Shown here: piece after piece, positions 12,309 through 25,004 of the stretch
Numbering within the stretch: position 1 is the stretch's first letter
How the letters are laid out: every line of letters begins with the position of its first letter
Assembly (NCBI GenBank): GCA_977862235.1
Contig: OZ374557.1
Location: 2,790,001 to 2,854,000 of the forward strand
DNA length: 64,000 nt
Source: Dudresnaya verticillata
Taxonomy: Eukaryota
Direction: 5' to 3'
Translations under genes and position numbers: made by a program
Notes under the pieces: generated by a model
What the model was told of the DNA's origin: nothing
Databases searched by the model: none
The model's input: only the letters and a program-made list of their open reading frames with translations

Positions 12309-12855
12309 AACACGCATTTGAGCGATTTCAGAATACGACGTTCGAAACAGACTGGAGTCGAATGCCTATTTTCTGGTATCATTGGAAAGGGGAGCGTCCC
12401 CTGAGTACGGTGGTCAAATCTGATTTGCTAACGGACCATTCCTTCGAAAGTTATGGCGGTTTGCGTGAATTTACCCAAAATATTTTCAGGTATTCTGAAT
12501 TTCAATTTCTTTGCGTCGATTTGGCCCGGGCGGCCCACTCCGCGGTCCGCACTGGGCCAAATTGGAAATTGCTGGCCCGCAGCATGCCCCTCGCCGCGCG
12601 CGCTGCATGCGCGCCACATCGCCCATCTGGCCCGCCCCGAGCGTGCTCGGCGCCGCCTGCAGACTACCCCGTCACCAGTTTTCGGCTTTCTGGTGCAACT
12701 GGTGCACTGTGCTGTGCGCGTCTGTGCACAAATCCGCACGCGACCGCATACAGACTGCCTCGTCACCCGCCCCCCCGCCCCGCCCCGCGACGCACAACTC
12801 CTTGGGCAAAATCTACTGTCGCGGTTGCCCACCCTCGTGCACACCGTGGATCCCG
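12309..12855 (+). repeat. left terminal inverted repeat (~547 bp)
   Basis: Matches the reverse complement of 35356-35905 with about 23 substitutions by eye. Confidence 0.95.
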
Positions 12856-15800
12856 CTGCAGTCACCTCGTCAGCGCGCCCTGCCCGTCGCTCCCCGACCG
12901 CGCTGCACGACCCGCCCGCCCGTATTTCTCTACGATGGGACGCCACATGCCGATTTCATGACAACTCGCAGACACAAGTATGGCCATTCCATGACACGCA
13001 CCCAAAACTACGTAGTTCGTTAGGTAATGATAATAAAATGTATAAGCCTGCAGCTGTTTCCCGGTTAACCACGCGCGCGAACGATTGCGTTTTCGACACT
13101 CCAAAGGTTCCCCGTTCCAACCATGTCCGTAGGCTCATACATTGAGGCAACTTTGCAAGCTCCGTTGGGGGAAAGTAAATGCGGCATTTGGTAAGCTCAT
13201 TCAACCTTGAGGGGGATCGCTTCCAGTCCACCACCATTGCGGTTGATAATAGCGTCCAAACTCCCACGACCCTGCTCCCCAGACGCGTCAGGGTTAATAA
13301 CATTCAGTGTACTCAATAACTGAAGCACTGACAATCTGCGGTGTTAAATGGGCAGGACGTGCTCATGAAAGGGACATGTTTCCGCTGTTGGCGACATTTG
13401 TTGACCCACTTCACATTGACTCGTCAGCTGCCATTGCGGGTTCCTGGTCCAGGTATGGTTCTGCCTGCAAGGCGTATATAGCCTCTTCATGAAAAGGATA
13501 TAGTACATGCGGCAATTGCCAATGCACCTCGGTTGCTTACTGCCTGTGCCATGCATCTCAGTGGGTCTTAATGCATAATTGTGCCCAGCTCGTTCCGTAA
13601 TGCCTGAACGGGTCTGAGTACAGTTGGGAGGGATACCATCAGCCGAGGTTGCTGAAATGAAGACGAGAACCCAGATAGGTCGTTCTGATACCACTATTGA
13701 TAACTCTATTTTGCCGGCGCATACTCCTCTTCCACAATACAGGGCTCGTGCTCGCACATGTATTGAAACAAGCGTCGATATCAACATGTGCAGCATTAAC
13801 TGCCCCGAATACGTGGCGAAGAAGGAATCAATTTGCTGGTCCCGGTTTCGAGAGGATAGTGGGTTAAACTTCGCGTGTCTGAACATTCGACGTGGCAGAC
13901 ATGATGAATCCAATCGTGTTTTTAGGTACAAAAAGTACACGGTATATATCCCAGCGGAACAATAGCGATCCAAGGTCCTGATGCATAAATCCCCCGCTGA
14001 TGTACTACCCCCTGTGCGAGTCCAAACGCAGATCCTCGTACGTAAGGGGAAGATGTCTGACTTCGTACCTAGGGAGCCTGCACGAGAAGTCAGTGATGAA
14101 CTGCTTGGGAAGAGCCAGGATCTGTCGTGTCTGGATTTCAATGCCCTGCGCAGACCAGAGAAAACTGACAAAGATATGGTCCGCCGCATTGGTGAGTCCA
14201 ACTTACTCGCATTAATTGACAACTGCATCTCCGAAGTCAAGCGGTTCACCGGCCTTGAGGCATTGGGAATCAGACTATTCGACCGGTCTGTTTTCCTACA
14301 TTTATGGAACGCGTTCATGGACAGGCAAATGCAAAGAACTACGGACAAACGGAACGAGTTGGAGGTTTGAAGGCCTTCCTAGTTGATATTCAGCAGAGAG
14401 AGGAAAATAATCTGATGTCAAATCCCGACACAGCTATTGTGCTGGAAGTACTCTCGCGGGGACATGGCAAATTCAAAAGCCGCCAGGAGCGTAATTCGTA
14501 TTACGTCGCTCGTCAATAATACAACCGTCGACGTCTTTTCGTTTCTAACATTACCGACGACGAAAGGTACGGCCATAAGCACACGTAGTCAAGACCGACG
14601 CGCGTCTCCAAGTACTACTCTTGCTACGCAATCAGATTGATTGGTCGACTTCATCCTTGGTCGATATTAAAAAGACTTGCACGACGAAGCTTTCTTATAC
14701 ATGACGCGCACGTCATGCTACGCACGGGCCACCCTTGCCTCCTTTACCTCCACAGTCCTTTCTGCGTTAGTTTTGGCAAAATGCCAAGTCAGGAGAGGGC
14801 GGCACATTCGCTCCATCTCCCGTACTGGCTCGCTTGCCAGGCGAATCGCCTCGACCAAGACGGCATCGATTTCATGAGCTTCGGATCGGGAGAAAGCATC
14901 CCCCGATACGTAATCAAGCTTCTTCGTACCCCCACGGTATACCACTGTGAGCATGTTCTGGTCATGATCGTATTGACCCATAACGACCTCAAACTCCCGA
15001 GCACGGTTCTGTTCCATGACTCTTTCTTCATCCTTCACCTCCAAGGATCGCATTATGCGTTCCGAAAATTGCAAAGAGTCACCATTAAGGCGGCGCTGCT
15101 GCTCTGCCAGTCGACGCCTCAATTCACAGCGCATGAGGTCATGAAATGCGCAGAAACCTGACTGTATGTCGTCCGGCAACACCGGGAGGTCAATGAGCAT
15201 GTCGATAGTAATAGGAATGACTACACTCCGGCAAGAAATCCTCTTCCCTGTGTGTACAGCCGTATTTCTGTTCCTCAGTACCGTAGAGGAGGTCTGTGAA
15301 ATGCAACGATTGCGCGCTTTTAAACGGAAAGTAACACTTGCAGCTAATGGTTTTTGCTGTGTACGAGGCTTAGGCATTCTATGTATACAAATAGGGATAT
15401 ATCTTCGATTGGACACGTTCACATTCCGGCAATCAGAATGACCGTACTGTACCGAAGCACTTATACCGGCAGCAGTATGAGGACCCTGCAAAAATGCAGC
15501 CACAACTTGCTGGATAGTTCACATACACCGCCCAGATATTAGGTGGATCCGCAGATCAGACTGTCTGAACCTCCGCAGAATAGGGCTTTTCTGTATTGCT
15601 AGAACGAGGACATGTTGACCTGTGCACAATTCTGGAACGTACTTACAGGGATCACTTGGACACACTGGTACATGCTGTATTATGGTCTCACGTATGGTAT
15701 TAATCATTTCCCTGACCTTGATATTACTTGTATCATTGGGTCACACGCATACTTACGTTTTTCGTGGCATCCGATGGCAGATTGTGATCATCAGTTTGTT

Positions 15801-16625
15801 TCGGTGCTGCAGTGGTCTTATGATGACCATATCTGCAGGGTGGAGGCGCAGGTTTCAGGAAATGCCAATGTTGAACGACTCTGTGAGGGCGGACAGTAAC
15901 CTCTTGCCAATTCGAAAACCCGAGGTTATTCCTATCGTTTCTGAGGAACACGTTCATGTTGGTACAATCTGAATGACTTTACGTTTACGAATCGTTCACA
16001 TCACCCCCAGTCCAAGGGAGTGTGCCTACGCAGGCACACGTACTTCCAATTTCCCCTCCACGTTGTGGAACTATTTCGTATGCCCATTTCTTACCCGCCT
16101 TGAGCATCGTTTAGATACCCTAGTAGGGGAGCTGTGAATCGGAATCACTGTACGGTTGGACGGTTAGAACTGACTTCCAAATATTTTCTGAGAAAGTACG
16201 AACTTAGGGTGAACACCGCTACCGCACAATACGTCGATATATTTACCGACGACCAATAGAACCCTGCAGTGATTTGTAGCTTCATGAAATCTCGCGGAAT
16301 GTATCAGGGCACCACCAATCGTACAGGGCTCTAACTATCTTTCCGGCAAAGTTAAAACCGTACGTGAGGCTTTTAGTCATGCGGACAAACTTCGTTTCCA
16401 GGTTAAAGCTGGAAACCTGCATGATATATCCTGTCTTTCAATGCCGTGACCACTGACCTGACTACGGACATATTGTTGTAAACCCGAAGTGCTCTTCGTG
16501 GAAACCGCAACGCTTATCCCGTGCTCATCAGCTTAACGCAACCAGTTGGAAACACCTACGGCAACCAGTTGGAAAGACGTACGGCGACCGTTTGTTCAAA
16601 AGTGCTGAATTACACTTTTGGCTGG

Positions 16626-19531
16626 ATGGGCAAGAAACGTTCAGGAAAGGGTGCTGTTACACAATCTGAAGCGGACCCAAATTGCTCTTCTGCAAGTATG
16701 GGGAGGGCATTGTTTTCTGACGTGATGGAGGGTTCCGTGAATATGAGAATTGACCCCAGGGCGTGCTTCCCGCTAACGGCAATAAGACCCGTGGTGCGCT
16801 CCGGAGTGGAACGCCTCAAAGCTCGCATTCATCTACACTCATCAGAGAAGAAAGGCGATGAAGGGACTATTGGGTACGTTGCCGGGTCTGACTCTCCAAT
16901 TGTCATCGAAATGACAGGGTCTCTGCGGGGTCACGTCGTTGCGTATTTCAAGAATATGAAAGGGGAAGGGAAGGAGTACACGGAGGAGGAGGCTTTGGAG
17001 AAGGCAAACGATCGCTCCAAATGGTACGGCATTGTTGACGGCTTGCATAGACCTTGCGTTATTTTGGAGTTAATGGAGGAGTTCCCAACAGTCTGGCAGC
17101 CTTTCGCATGGCCTGTAACGATTTTGAAGGGTGGGCACAACGTCCATGAGCTCCGGCAGCTGGAAAGACATCAGAATGAGAGACACGACCAGGGATACTT
17201 TATCGAGACTACATCTTTTGACCTGGTCCGCGGTCTGCGGGAGGAGGCGGAGAGGTTGCAGACCAAGACTGGGAAACAACCAAATGCCCGAAACATTGCG
17301 GAGGCGTATGACGGTTCGAAGTTATATCGTAACAACACCATTAAACAGACTGCTCAGACAGTTATGCGGTTGGATACGAGAGTAATTCACGCATTGGACA
17401 AATTGCAAATGAGGAGAGACCGGATCTAGCTGCAAAGATGACAGGAGACAAGGAAGGGACAACACTCGACAAGGACGGAGCAACGAGGACGGTTGACTGC
17501 CGAGTCTACAGAAAGTTCATCCACATTTCATCACGGAAGTCTGCAATCGCCTTCATGAATGGGAACAAACTTGATGATGGCGTAGAAATACAGATTTAAA
17601 CTTTGTACCGACTACGCGAAGTACATCGACTTCAGAGGTTCCGGTCAGTCACCAGCTTTCAGACTCTGGAACAATTTGGAAGGGCGAAGGCAGCAATAAG
17701 GGAATCACGGAAATTCTAACACCTTATCGAGAGCCAGAGTTGGCCTGAAGGTATGAACGTCATTCGCCATAATCTCCTTCGTTCCACGAAGCCGGACCAC
17801 GAGGTGCGTGCAAACTTCGGAAATGACCACGATGTGCTCAAGCCCTTGATAGCCGCTTATCGAAGGGAATGCCCGCAACAGGCTCCAGTTAAGGAAAAGA
17901 AGTTCAAGCACCAGTTCCAAGCAGAAACTGATTCTGGGAAGGATGCATCTCTAGACATAGGAGAAAGTGACAGGCCAATAGTTTCAGCTTCCGAGATTGA
18001 TAAGACGAGTTCTGAAGTTGATGGAAAAACTCAAGGGGGGAAAGAAAAAGACTCGAAGGGGGCCCTTGGTGGCCAAAAGCAGTCGGAAGCCGTTAAGGAG
18101 ACTGTAACTGACACGCAGAGGCAGATTACGCAATCGGTCCTGGATCCTACAGACGACAACGACACAGGCGCATTAGCTGGTAACAATGACATCCTGAACG
18201 AGTGTATTGGACCGGGTAGTCGTTCTGTTTCTTCAACACGCAAGTCGGAGAGACTGGATACCGGTTCTGATGTGGAGGAGAAGGACCCGCTTTCCAAATG
18301 CAGGATACGAACATATCAGATGAAGTGGGAGGAATATGACCAATCAATCAGGAATGAATTCAGTCCTCTATTTGACCTCGTGCTTGCTGACCCTCCGTAT
18401 GGTACCCCGAAGGGAATGTCAAATGCTGGAACTGCATACGCAAACCATTTCAGTGAAGAAGACATCAAGCGCCTTTGCGAGTTTTGTGGACGTGTTGTGA
18501 AGGAGGCTGGTTGGGTGTTTCTATTCTGCAGCTTCTTGAAATTCCCGTTGTTTCAAAAGGAACTTACCGGCAACAATTTCGATAGTCCGCAGTACCCTTT
18601 CTTACTCTGCAAAGACACAACTACTGTCCAGATAAGTCGCAAGAAGGGACTGCAGAATGGGGCTGAGGCAGCAGCCTTCGGAAGGCGCAAGGGTACATCC
18701 AAGAACTCTTTCTCTCCAGACCTCTCCAGCCCGTACCACTTCATCTCGTGTAAGGAGCGACGAAAGTTTGCTGTGATGACCTCTGTTCCCGTACCCAGAG
18801 ATAAGTTCATGAAGCCAGGGACTAGCAGGGCACCAGTTCTGATGGAGGAGAAAAATCCTGATGCACTTACTGAGATCATCACAACCTTCTGCCCTGAAGG
18901 CGGCTCGGTCCTAGACTCTCATGCGGGGACAATGACTACAGGAATTGCCTGCGTTCGGACAGACAGAGAGTGTTACCTCGTCGAAAGAAACCCGGAAACA
19001 TACAGACTGGCTCGTGCACGCCTGCACCGCATGGCAGAGGAGAAGCAGAACGGGTCGTCTCAAGATGCAGGGGTCCAAGCACAGAAGTGTTCGGCAAAAC
19101 AGATAGACAAACAGCCGGACACGAAGAGGGTACGCACTGATCAGTCTGAAAGGGAATCACAGGCTCTAATGATGTCCCCAGGTAAGCAACAGTCTGGGAA
19201 ACGTACAGGAAAACCTAGGGAGAAACCGCTGTCATGCGATCGACCGCAACGCAAAGGTGGTGACGCAGTTTGGCTGCTGTGTGGTCCAGATAAGGTTGGG
19301 AAGGCAGTACTGAAACCGGGTAACGAGGCCCACGGACTGAAGACAGAAGTACACCAGCACGGGTTGCGGGAGCTCGGCAAGAAGGGAGAGCATCTCGTGG
19401 CTGTATTTTCCTTCAAAGTTCGCGATGAGTTCGCGGAGAGGCCGTATAAGTACACTTTTAAGGGTCCAGAGGAACCGCCAGCACTGCTGCGAGACTTAAC
19501 GCATTCTTCGCATGGGATCTTCACATGATGG
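16626..19531 (+). pseudogene. ParB/Srx-like domain fused to a beta-class N6-adenine/N4-cytosine DNA methyltransferase
   Basis: WYGIVDGLHR (ParB-type DGxHR); FDLVLADPPYG at ~18370-18403; later EKNPDAL...PEGGSVLDSHAGTMTTG (SAM-binding motif I). One frameshift at ~17399 and TAA stops at 17597 and 17717 separate the two ORFs. Confidence 0.85.
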
Positions 19532-19650
19532 AGGGTTGTGATAGAGAGCCATGAAAGTCTGCTCCATCTATTTTTGGCCTATACCGGATGTACATTCTGC
19601 CAGTCGAGGACAGCGGACGGTCCACTGCACATTTCCAGCTGGAAGGAACT

Positions 19651-19974
19651 ATGGCATCCATGCACGCTCGTCGCGACCAAGGCAGCGGAAGTTCGGATGT
19701 CGACCCTGCTCGCCTACTGTCCGAATTGCGTACTCTTCGAGGCGAGGTGGAAGGATTAAGGACGGCAGTGGAAAGGCCTCGACAACGAATGAGGGCGGTG
19801 GTTGCCGCTGTTATGGACCGATTGTCCAGAGTAGTGATAAATGCCGTTCATATTGCCCGAAGTGCTAGAAGAAGGCTGCGGTCAATCGAAAGGGTATTGG
19901 GGATAAAACGCAACGAAGAAGATGAGCCCGACCTGGACTTCGACATTGAGAATCAGTTTCAAGCTTCCATGTGA
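19651..19974 (+). CDS. small predicted coiled-coil protein
   Basis: Heptad pattern LLSELRTLRGEVEGLRTAV; similar to the neighbouring ORF. Confidence 0.45.
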   Translation: MASMHARRDQGSGSSDVDPARLLSELRTLRGEVEGLRTAVERPRQRMRAVVAAVMDRLSRVVINAVHIARSARRRLRSIERVLGIKRNEEDEPDLDFDIENQFQASM

Positions 19975-19999
19975 CTTTTTCAGACTTCGTACAAAAACA

Positions 20000-20278
20000 A
20001 TGCCGCTACCTGTCAATCCAACAATGGCCGAAGTGCAGCGAGAGTTGGCACTTCTACGTGCTGAAATCTACCATATTCGCAACACTGTGCGGGAGCTAGA
20101 AACCGAAGTGCAAAGGGCATTTGAATTCGTAAGACGCCTTGTGCATGACTTCGGGAGAAGGACGTTGAGAACACTTCGCAACGTCAGGATCCGGATTCAA
20201 GACCTGCATAGTTCCGTTCGTGTCGTCAGAGGACGTCAAGATCGCAATGTAGAAGACCCTTCTTCCGATTCCGTCTAG
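20000..20278 (+). CDS. small predicted coiled-coil protein
   Basis: VQRELALLRAEIYHIRNTV; tandem with the previous ORF. Confidence 0.45.
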   Translation: MPLPVNPTMAEVQRELALLRAEIYHIRNTVRELETEVQRAFEFVRRLVHDFGRRTLRTLRNVRIRIQDLHSSVRVVRGRQDRNVEDPSSDSV

Positions 20279-21173
20279 AACTGAGTAGACTGCCATCGGG
20301 CTGTAGTAAAGATGAGAACGGTCCTAGCAATTGCCATCAAGGGTTGCCACTGCGGGAAGCCTGGAGACCAGCAGTGGAATCCATTGCACACATTTGTAAT
20401 GGGACACGGCCATTGCGAACTATTCGTCTTTGCCCTCTTCCGTGAATAACTCGCCCCGAAGGTCCTTCGCTTCGCTGCTCGCGTTTCGCGCATTCACTCG
20501 AGTTCCGCAGACTTAGAGATTCAGCCGTGCGGAATCAGGTCATCGATCAGCTCGAAATGCTTTTCGGTTTTGAGGCTCGCAAGAGACTTGCTAACTTCAA
20601 GCTCGATTTTAGTCGCCTGCCGTATCTCACGTTAGAGAGTTTGGCTCCTATTGCACAAGCGCAAAAGGCAGAGCCTGACCCGTTTCAGACACACACGCAT
20701 GTCTCCGAGCTCAGGAAGGAACTTAGAGAACTCCCTCTCTCGTTTGCGGGCACGGAAGTTGCGTCGGAGCATAGTGACTCGGTTGAAGGTGCGCTTATTG
20801 CCGCCTATGAGGCGATAGAGTATACCCTGCGCATTGGTTCGTGATGTATTGGAGCGCAGGCATCCGGAGCTTGACACCAGCTGTGGCTGTCCGGGTAGAG
20901 ATATGCGCCAGAGTCCACCCCTTGATATGATAAAGGCGTCAGACATGTCGACCTCACAAATGCACCGCCCCGAATCACTTACGTCTGAGGTTCCGGGAGT
21001 GGTGGTGATGAGCGCCTTGGTCATTTGCAGTTGGGCAGTGTCTCTACCAGCGGTTTATCAATTTTTCGCGCGGTGTGGAGCACTGAATCGTTGCAAGCTC
21101 TCTCGCCGAAAACCACAATACTGTTCATAAAACGGCTGCATGCCCTCCGTGTTCATTGGGTGATTCTCATCAT

Positions 21174-21833
21174 CTATGAAGCTACCTTCTGCAAGTCTCT
21201 CACCTCATCAACAACACGTAAAACATCGTCTGCAACCAGTCGCAGTAGCAACTCTTGCTTTCCTCTACTTTCAGCATCATGCCCATTGGTCGCCTTCTCA
21301 AAGTTTTCGATGCCAGTTGTTTTCTTCAGCAAGCGCATGCTTTCCATCACAGCAGCAACGCTTGTCTCTCCCTTCGCGGCACGCGCAAAGAACTCATGCT
21401 TGACAAAGACATTATCACCAGCTTCGTCAGAGGCTGCAAACAACGCTGCCTCATCTCCGAGGTAGTCCACATGCGCGCGATAGAACACAGGAACGATAGC
21501 TGGCACGCGGGCGAGAACTTTCGCAGCATGCGCGCAGCGTTTCTGAAAGCACATATCTGATATCAGCTCGCACATCGTCCAACGCTTGGCGGGAAACTCG
21601 GGTGATACAATGAAGACACCGACTCGAGCTTTCTCCATTGCCGTATCCATCGAGCCGTGTGCGTCATTGCCAACTGCGAGACTTTCCCTGTCTACGAATG
21701 CTGATACGCCCCGGTCGCGGAGCATCCTCCACAAAGGCATAGCCATCGTCTCCTTGTCCATCCCACTGTGGGACACGAACACGTCATACCCCGACGCATT
21801 GAGATAGACCTGCTTTTCCAGGTCCATCCGCAT
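21174..21833 (-). CDS. Toll/interleukin-1-receptor domain protein (possibly a fragment)
   Basis: YDVFVSHSG.DK...AFVD...L..G...A....RVGVFIVSPEF....W...EL pattern; start uncertain. Confidence 0.85.
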   Translation of the reverse strand: MRMDLEKQVYLNASGYDVFVSHSGMDKETMAMPLWRMLRDRGVSAFVDRESLAVGNDAHGSMDTAMEKARVGVFIVSPEFPAKRWTMCELISDMCFQKRCAHAAKVLARVPAIVPVFYRAHVDYLGDEAALFAASDEAGDNVFVKHEFFARAAKGETSVAAVMESMRLLKKTTGIENFEKATNGHDAESRGKQELLLRLVADDVLRVVDEVRDLQKVAS

Positions 21834-23149
21834 CTCGTGCTTCAGTGATGGGAAGCCTTTTCCGAGTATAATCGCGCTCTTGTGCAACGATCCCAACTCC
21901 AATCTTAGTGGGACTGTAGGTTGGGCGTCATCACGCTGCGACAGAGAGTTCCACTTCTGAGACTGCGGAGTAGCTTCGCGCAAAGTCCAACTTTCGTCCG
22001 GTACCCGCCGTCCCTTATGAATCTCAGTCCGACGCCGCCGCTCCCGCCCCCGGACCACAACACACTTCTCCTCTTGCTGCTGGTCTTCCTGGCTGCGCCG
22101 CTTCAGGTTTGCGCCGTCGAGCTTCCACGGTCACTGCTTGCTGCGCGCAACTATGCAGACTGCCCCGTCTTCCTGCCAGACGTCGCCCCCCGGGCGCCGG
22201 CCAGACCCGCATCGTCGGTGGCCAGCCCGCCATGGACTTTATGCGCTCCCATCTCGTTTCGTTCCATGCGGAGGGCTGCGGGGCCTCCCCCATATCCAGG
22301 CGTTGGGCTATCACAGCTCGTAGTGTATGCAGCTGACAAACGTCCTATGCAGATTGCCATCGTCTCTTTCGGCTATGGCTGCGCACGGCCGCGCACGGCC
22401 GAAAATCCCTGGCGGCTACACACGAAAAACATCACAAGCACCGACGCCGACGGACCCTCCAAGCGGAACAACGTCGCCGCCCACGCAGCCATCATCTGCA
22501 GCGAGCGCTAAACCGAGCACGACGCCGGATGCGAAGGGAGGAAGCAGTGGGGACGGGGCGGGGGCGAGGGCTCGACCTACGCTGTGAAAAGGGTTCCAGT
22601 CGTGTGCTGCCCTTGTCAAGGGCGCTGGTGTTGTGTGGTGTGCGTTTTCTTGAGTGGCATTCCAGTGCGTTTTCAGATGATGTCTGGCTCGGAGCGGTGC
22701 GGCTGGGCGTCTCGGGAAAAGTAGCAAACGCAGGAGGACCAAAGTGAAAAGCTATAAACGAATATGAATATCAGCCAATAGCTAATGGCGCCGGAGAAAT
22801 GTAATATCTTAGCTTTTTGATTTCCTCCTCCGCGGGAGCTACATAGCTCCCGTGTTTCCCGAAATCAAAATACCTAAGAAAATAGATATTTACACTCGCG
22901 GCATTCCGTTAGCTACATAGCTCCCATAGTCGCCGAGATGGGAAACCTAAGAAAATAGCTTTTCGAATCTGTCGGCGACAGGGAGCTATAAAAAATATCC
23001 ATATGCGCCGATAGCTCCGGCGGAAGTCTCACTGAATTAGCTATCCAGCTGCTGGTCACCCGCCTGCTGCGGAGCATGTCTCCACGCACCGCAACCTCAC
23101 CGCATGCACCGTCCTCGTGGTCACCACCGTCTCCTACCATCACCACCTC

Positions 23150-25004
23150 CTCTCTTTTCATGGTCGAGACGACACAGACGATGCCGATAATCCCGGGCGA
23201 TTCTTCCGCGGTATGCCGCGCGCGGTTGCGGAGGTAACCGCATTATCACGCCAATCCCTGCCAGCATGGATAGTTGACGAGACCATTCTTCGAGCTCCGA
23301 ACGTGATGCGTTACCTCGCTCCTCGCTATCCTTATCTCCTACGTCATCTACGAGGCCGTTCTGCTCCCCACGGCTCAGCTCCATTCTCGTCGCATTCCGC
23401 GAGTCATACTCGCTCTGCTCGTGGTCGGTTTCTTTGTCGTCGCAATGCACGCCGACCAACCCCTATCCGGTTTGCGCCATACATTCGTGCAACTCTGCCC
23501 TTGTTTCACTGGGGTTCCCTTTGTGAGTGTACGATGGGAATCCTTTCCGTTGTAAGCCCTTTCATCGATGTCGTGAGAGTCATCGCTCTATTTGCGTTCT
23601 TCTTCAGTTGGCTCGTGACCGTGCTGTTCCATGATGTTCCAGAGGTCGATTGCTACTTCGGCGACCTCACCTCTGGGCTCTACTAGTAGACAGTGGAGCT
23701 CCGCTTTCGCTTCGTTAACAACTGCGGATTGGCCGATGCAGATCATGGCTGTTTTGGATTTCTCGAGGGCAAGTGCGTTGATGTTCTTGGGGTTCATCAT
23801 CATTGGAGACTTTCTGTTTTTCAATGTCTTGCTCGCTGTTGTATACAACGCGTACACAGGCCATATCGAGGAATTTGTCATCGATAAGCTACAAGCGCGT
23901 AGGAATGGTATTACAACCATGGATTAGCGTACGACATCTTGGGTGGGGACGATGGAAATTGCATGGTCCCAGATATCAAACTCCTGTTTGACCAACTTTG
24001 GAAGAACAACAAGCACAGCCACATGGATGATGAGCGAGTGGATCTGGTCTTTACGGCCCTGGGCGGAAATCAGGACAACAGCCTTAGTCGTAAGGCGTTT
24101 TCGGACGTAGTCGACGTGCTTCAACTCAAGCTCATCATTGCGCTCGAGAGAATCTATCCGATGGCAATGTTTGCCCGGAACTATATGACGCATCGTGGTG
24201 GCAGTCTATTGCTTCTTATGCGCGTCATAATGCCCATACATATCAGATGTGCGTTGTCATGGCCGTCAATCTCATTGTCGTCGTGATTGAGACGACAATG
24301 GATCTGCGGAACAAGGACTCTCAAGGAATCCAGTTGGTTTTGTTGTTTTCGACTGTGGGTTCTCCGCTCTCTATATGCTGGAAATGGTTATGAGCGCTGC
24401 CAGTCTAGGTTTGATGTACGTCTTCGCGGCCACTGGAGTTGAGCTACTTGGTGGTCTGATCTATGCGTCGAAGCCGGCACTGAGTCCTAAAACCAATCAA
24501 ATCTTGGACGGGTATGTTGGCAACGACTACTGGCCACTCATCTTAACTTAACTAAACATACTGTTGATTTACACAGTATGGGATCAGGATGGTACACATT
24601 ATTTTCTTCCGTCATCGTTGCATCTCTTACAGAAATTGCAGAAGCGCAGAAGCGATTGCATCAGCGTCGAGTTATGGGAACTGGACCAAGTGGTTCGTCT
24701 TGCTTACCTTTATCGTGCATTCACGTGTTGCTGTTAACGGCAAGATTGTATATACAATTGGATATCCAACTACGTGGTAACGTTCGTTATGGACATCTTC
24801 GTGATGGAAGACGAGCAGGAATATGACGACGTTCAACTGTTACAAAATCGCTACGGTTCTGAGCGAGTCAATGTCTTGCAAGCTAAGACAACGGTTGACC
24901 AAGTTTACGTCGCTACATTCCGGGAAAGAGGCCAAGAAATTTTCGATTCGGACTCTCCAGACGTAGACCCATGGATGCTGCCCCATATGCCTTCCTACGC
25001 CTAG
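23150..25004 (+). pseudogene. TPC1: two-pore (TPC1-like) cation channel, multiply frameshifted
   Basis: RFAPYIRA (S4-like), pore FASLTTADWP, S6 FLFFNVLLAVVYNAY, EF-hand-like linker, and second-repeat fragments. Confidence 0.78.

Noticed and set aside
10415..12961. 848-aa ORF as a single real protein
   Set aside because: The last ~217 codons are read-through into the transposon terminal repeat; the genuine end lies at 35906-36001.
12900..16000. Further cargo genes (ORFs 13624-14519, 14718-15503, 15612-15972)
   Set aside because: Probably decayed coding fragments, but I recognise no motif and cannot fix the strand, so they are left unannotated.
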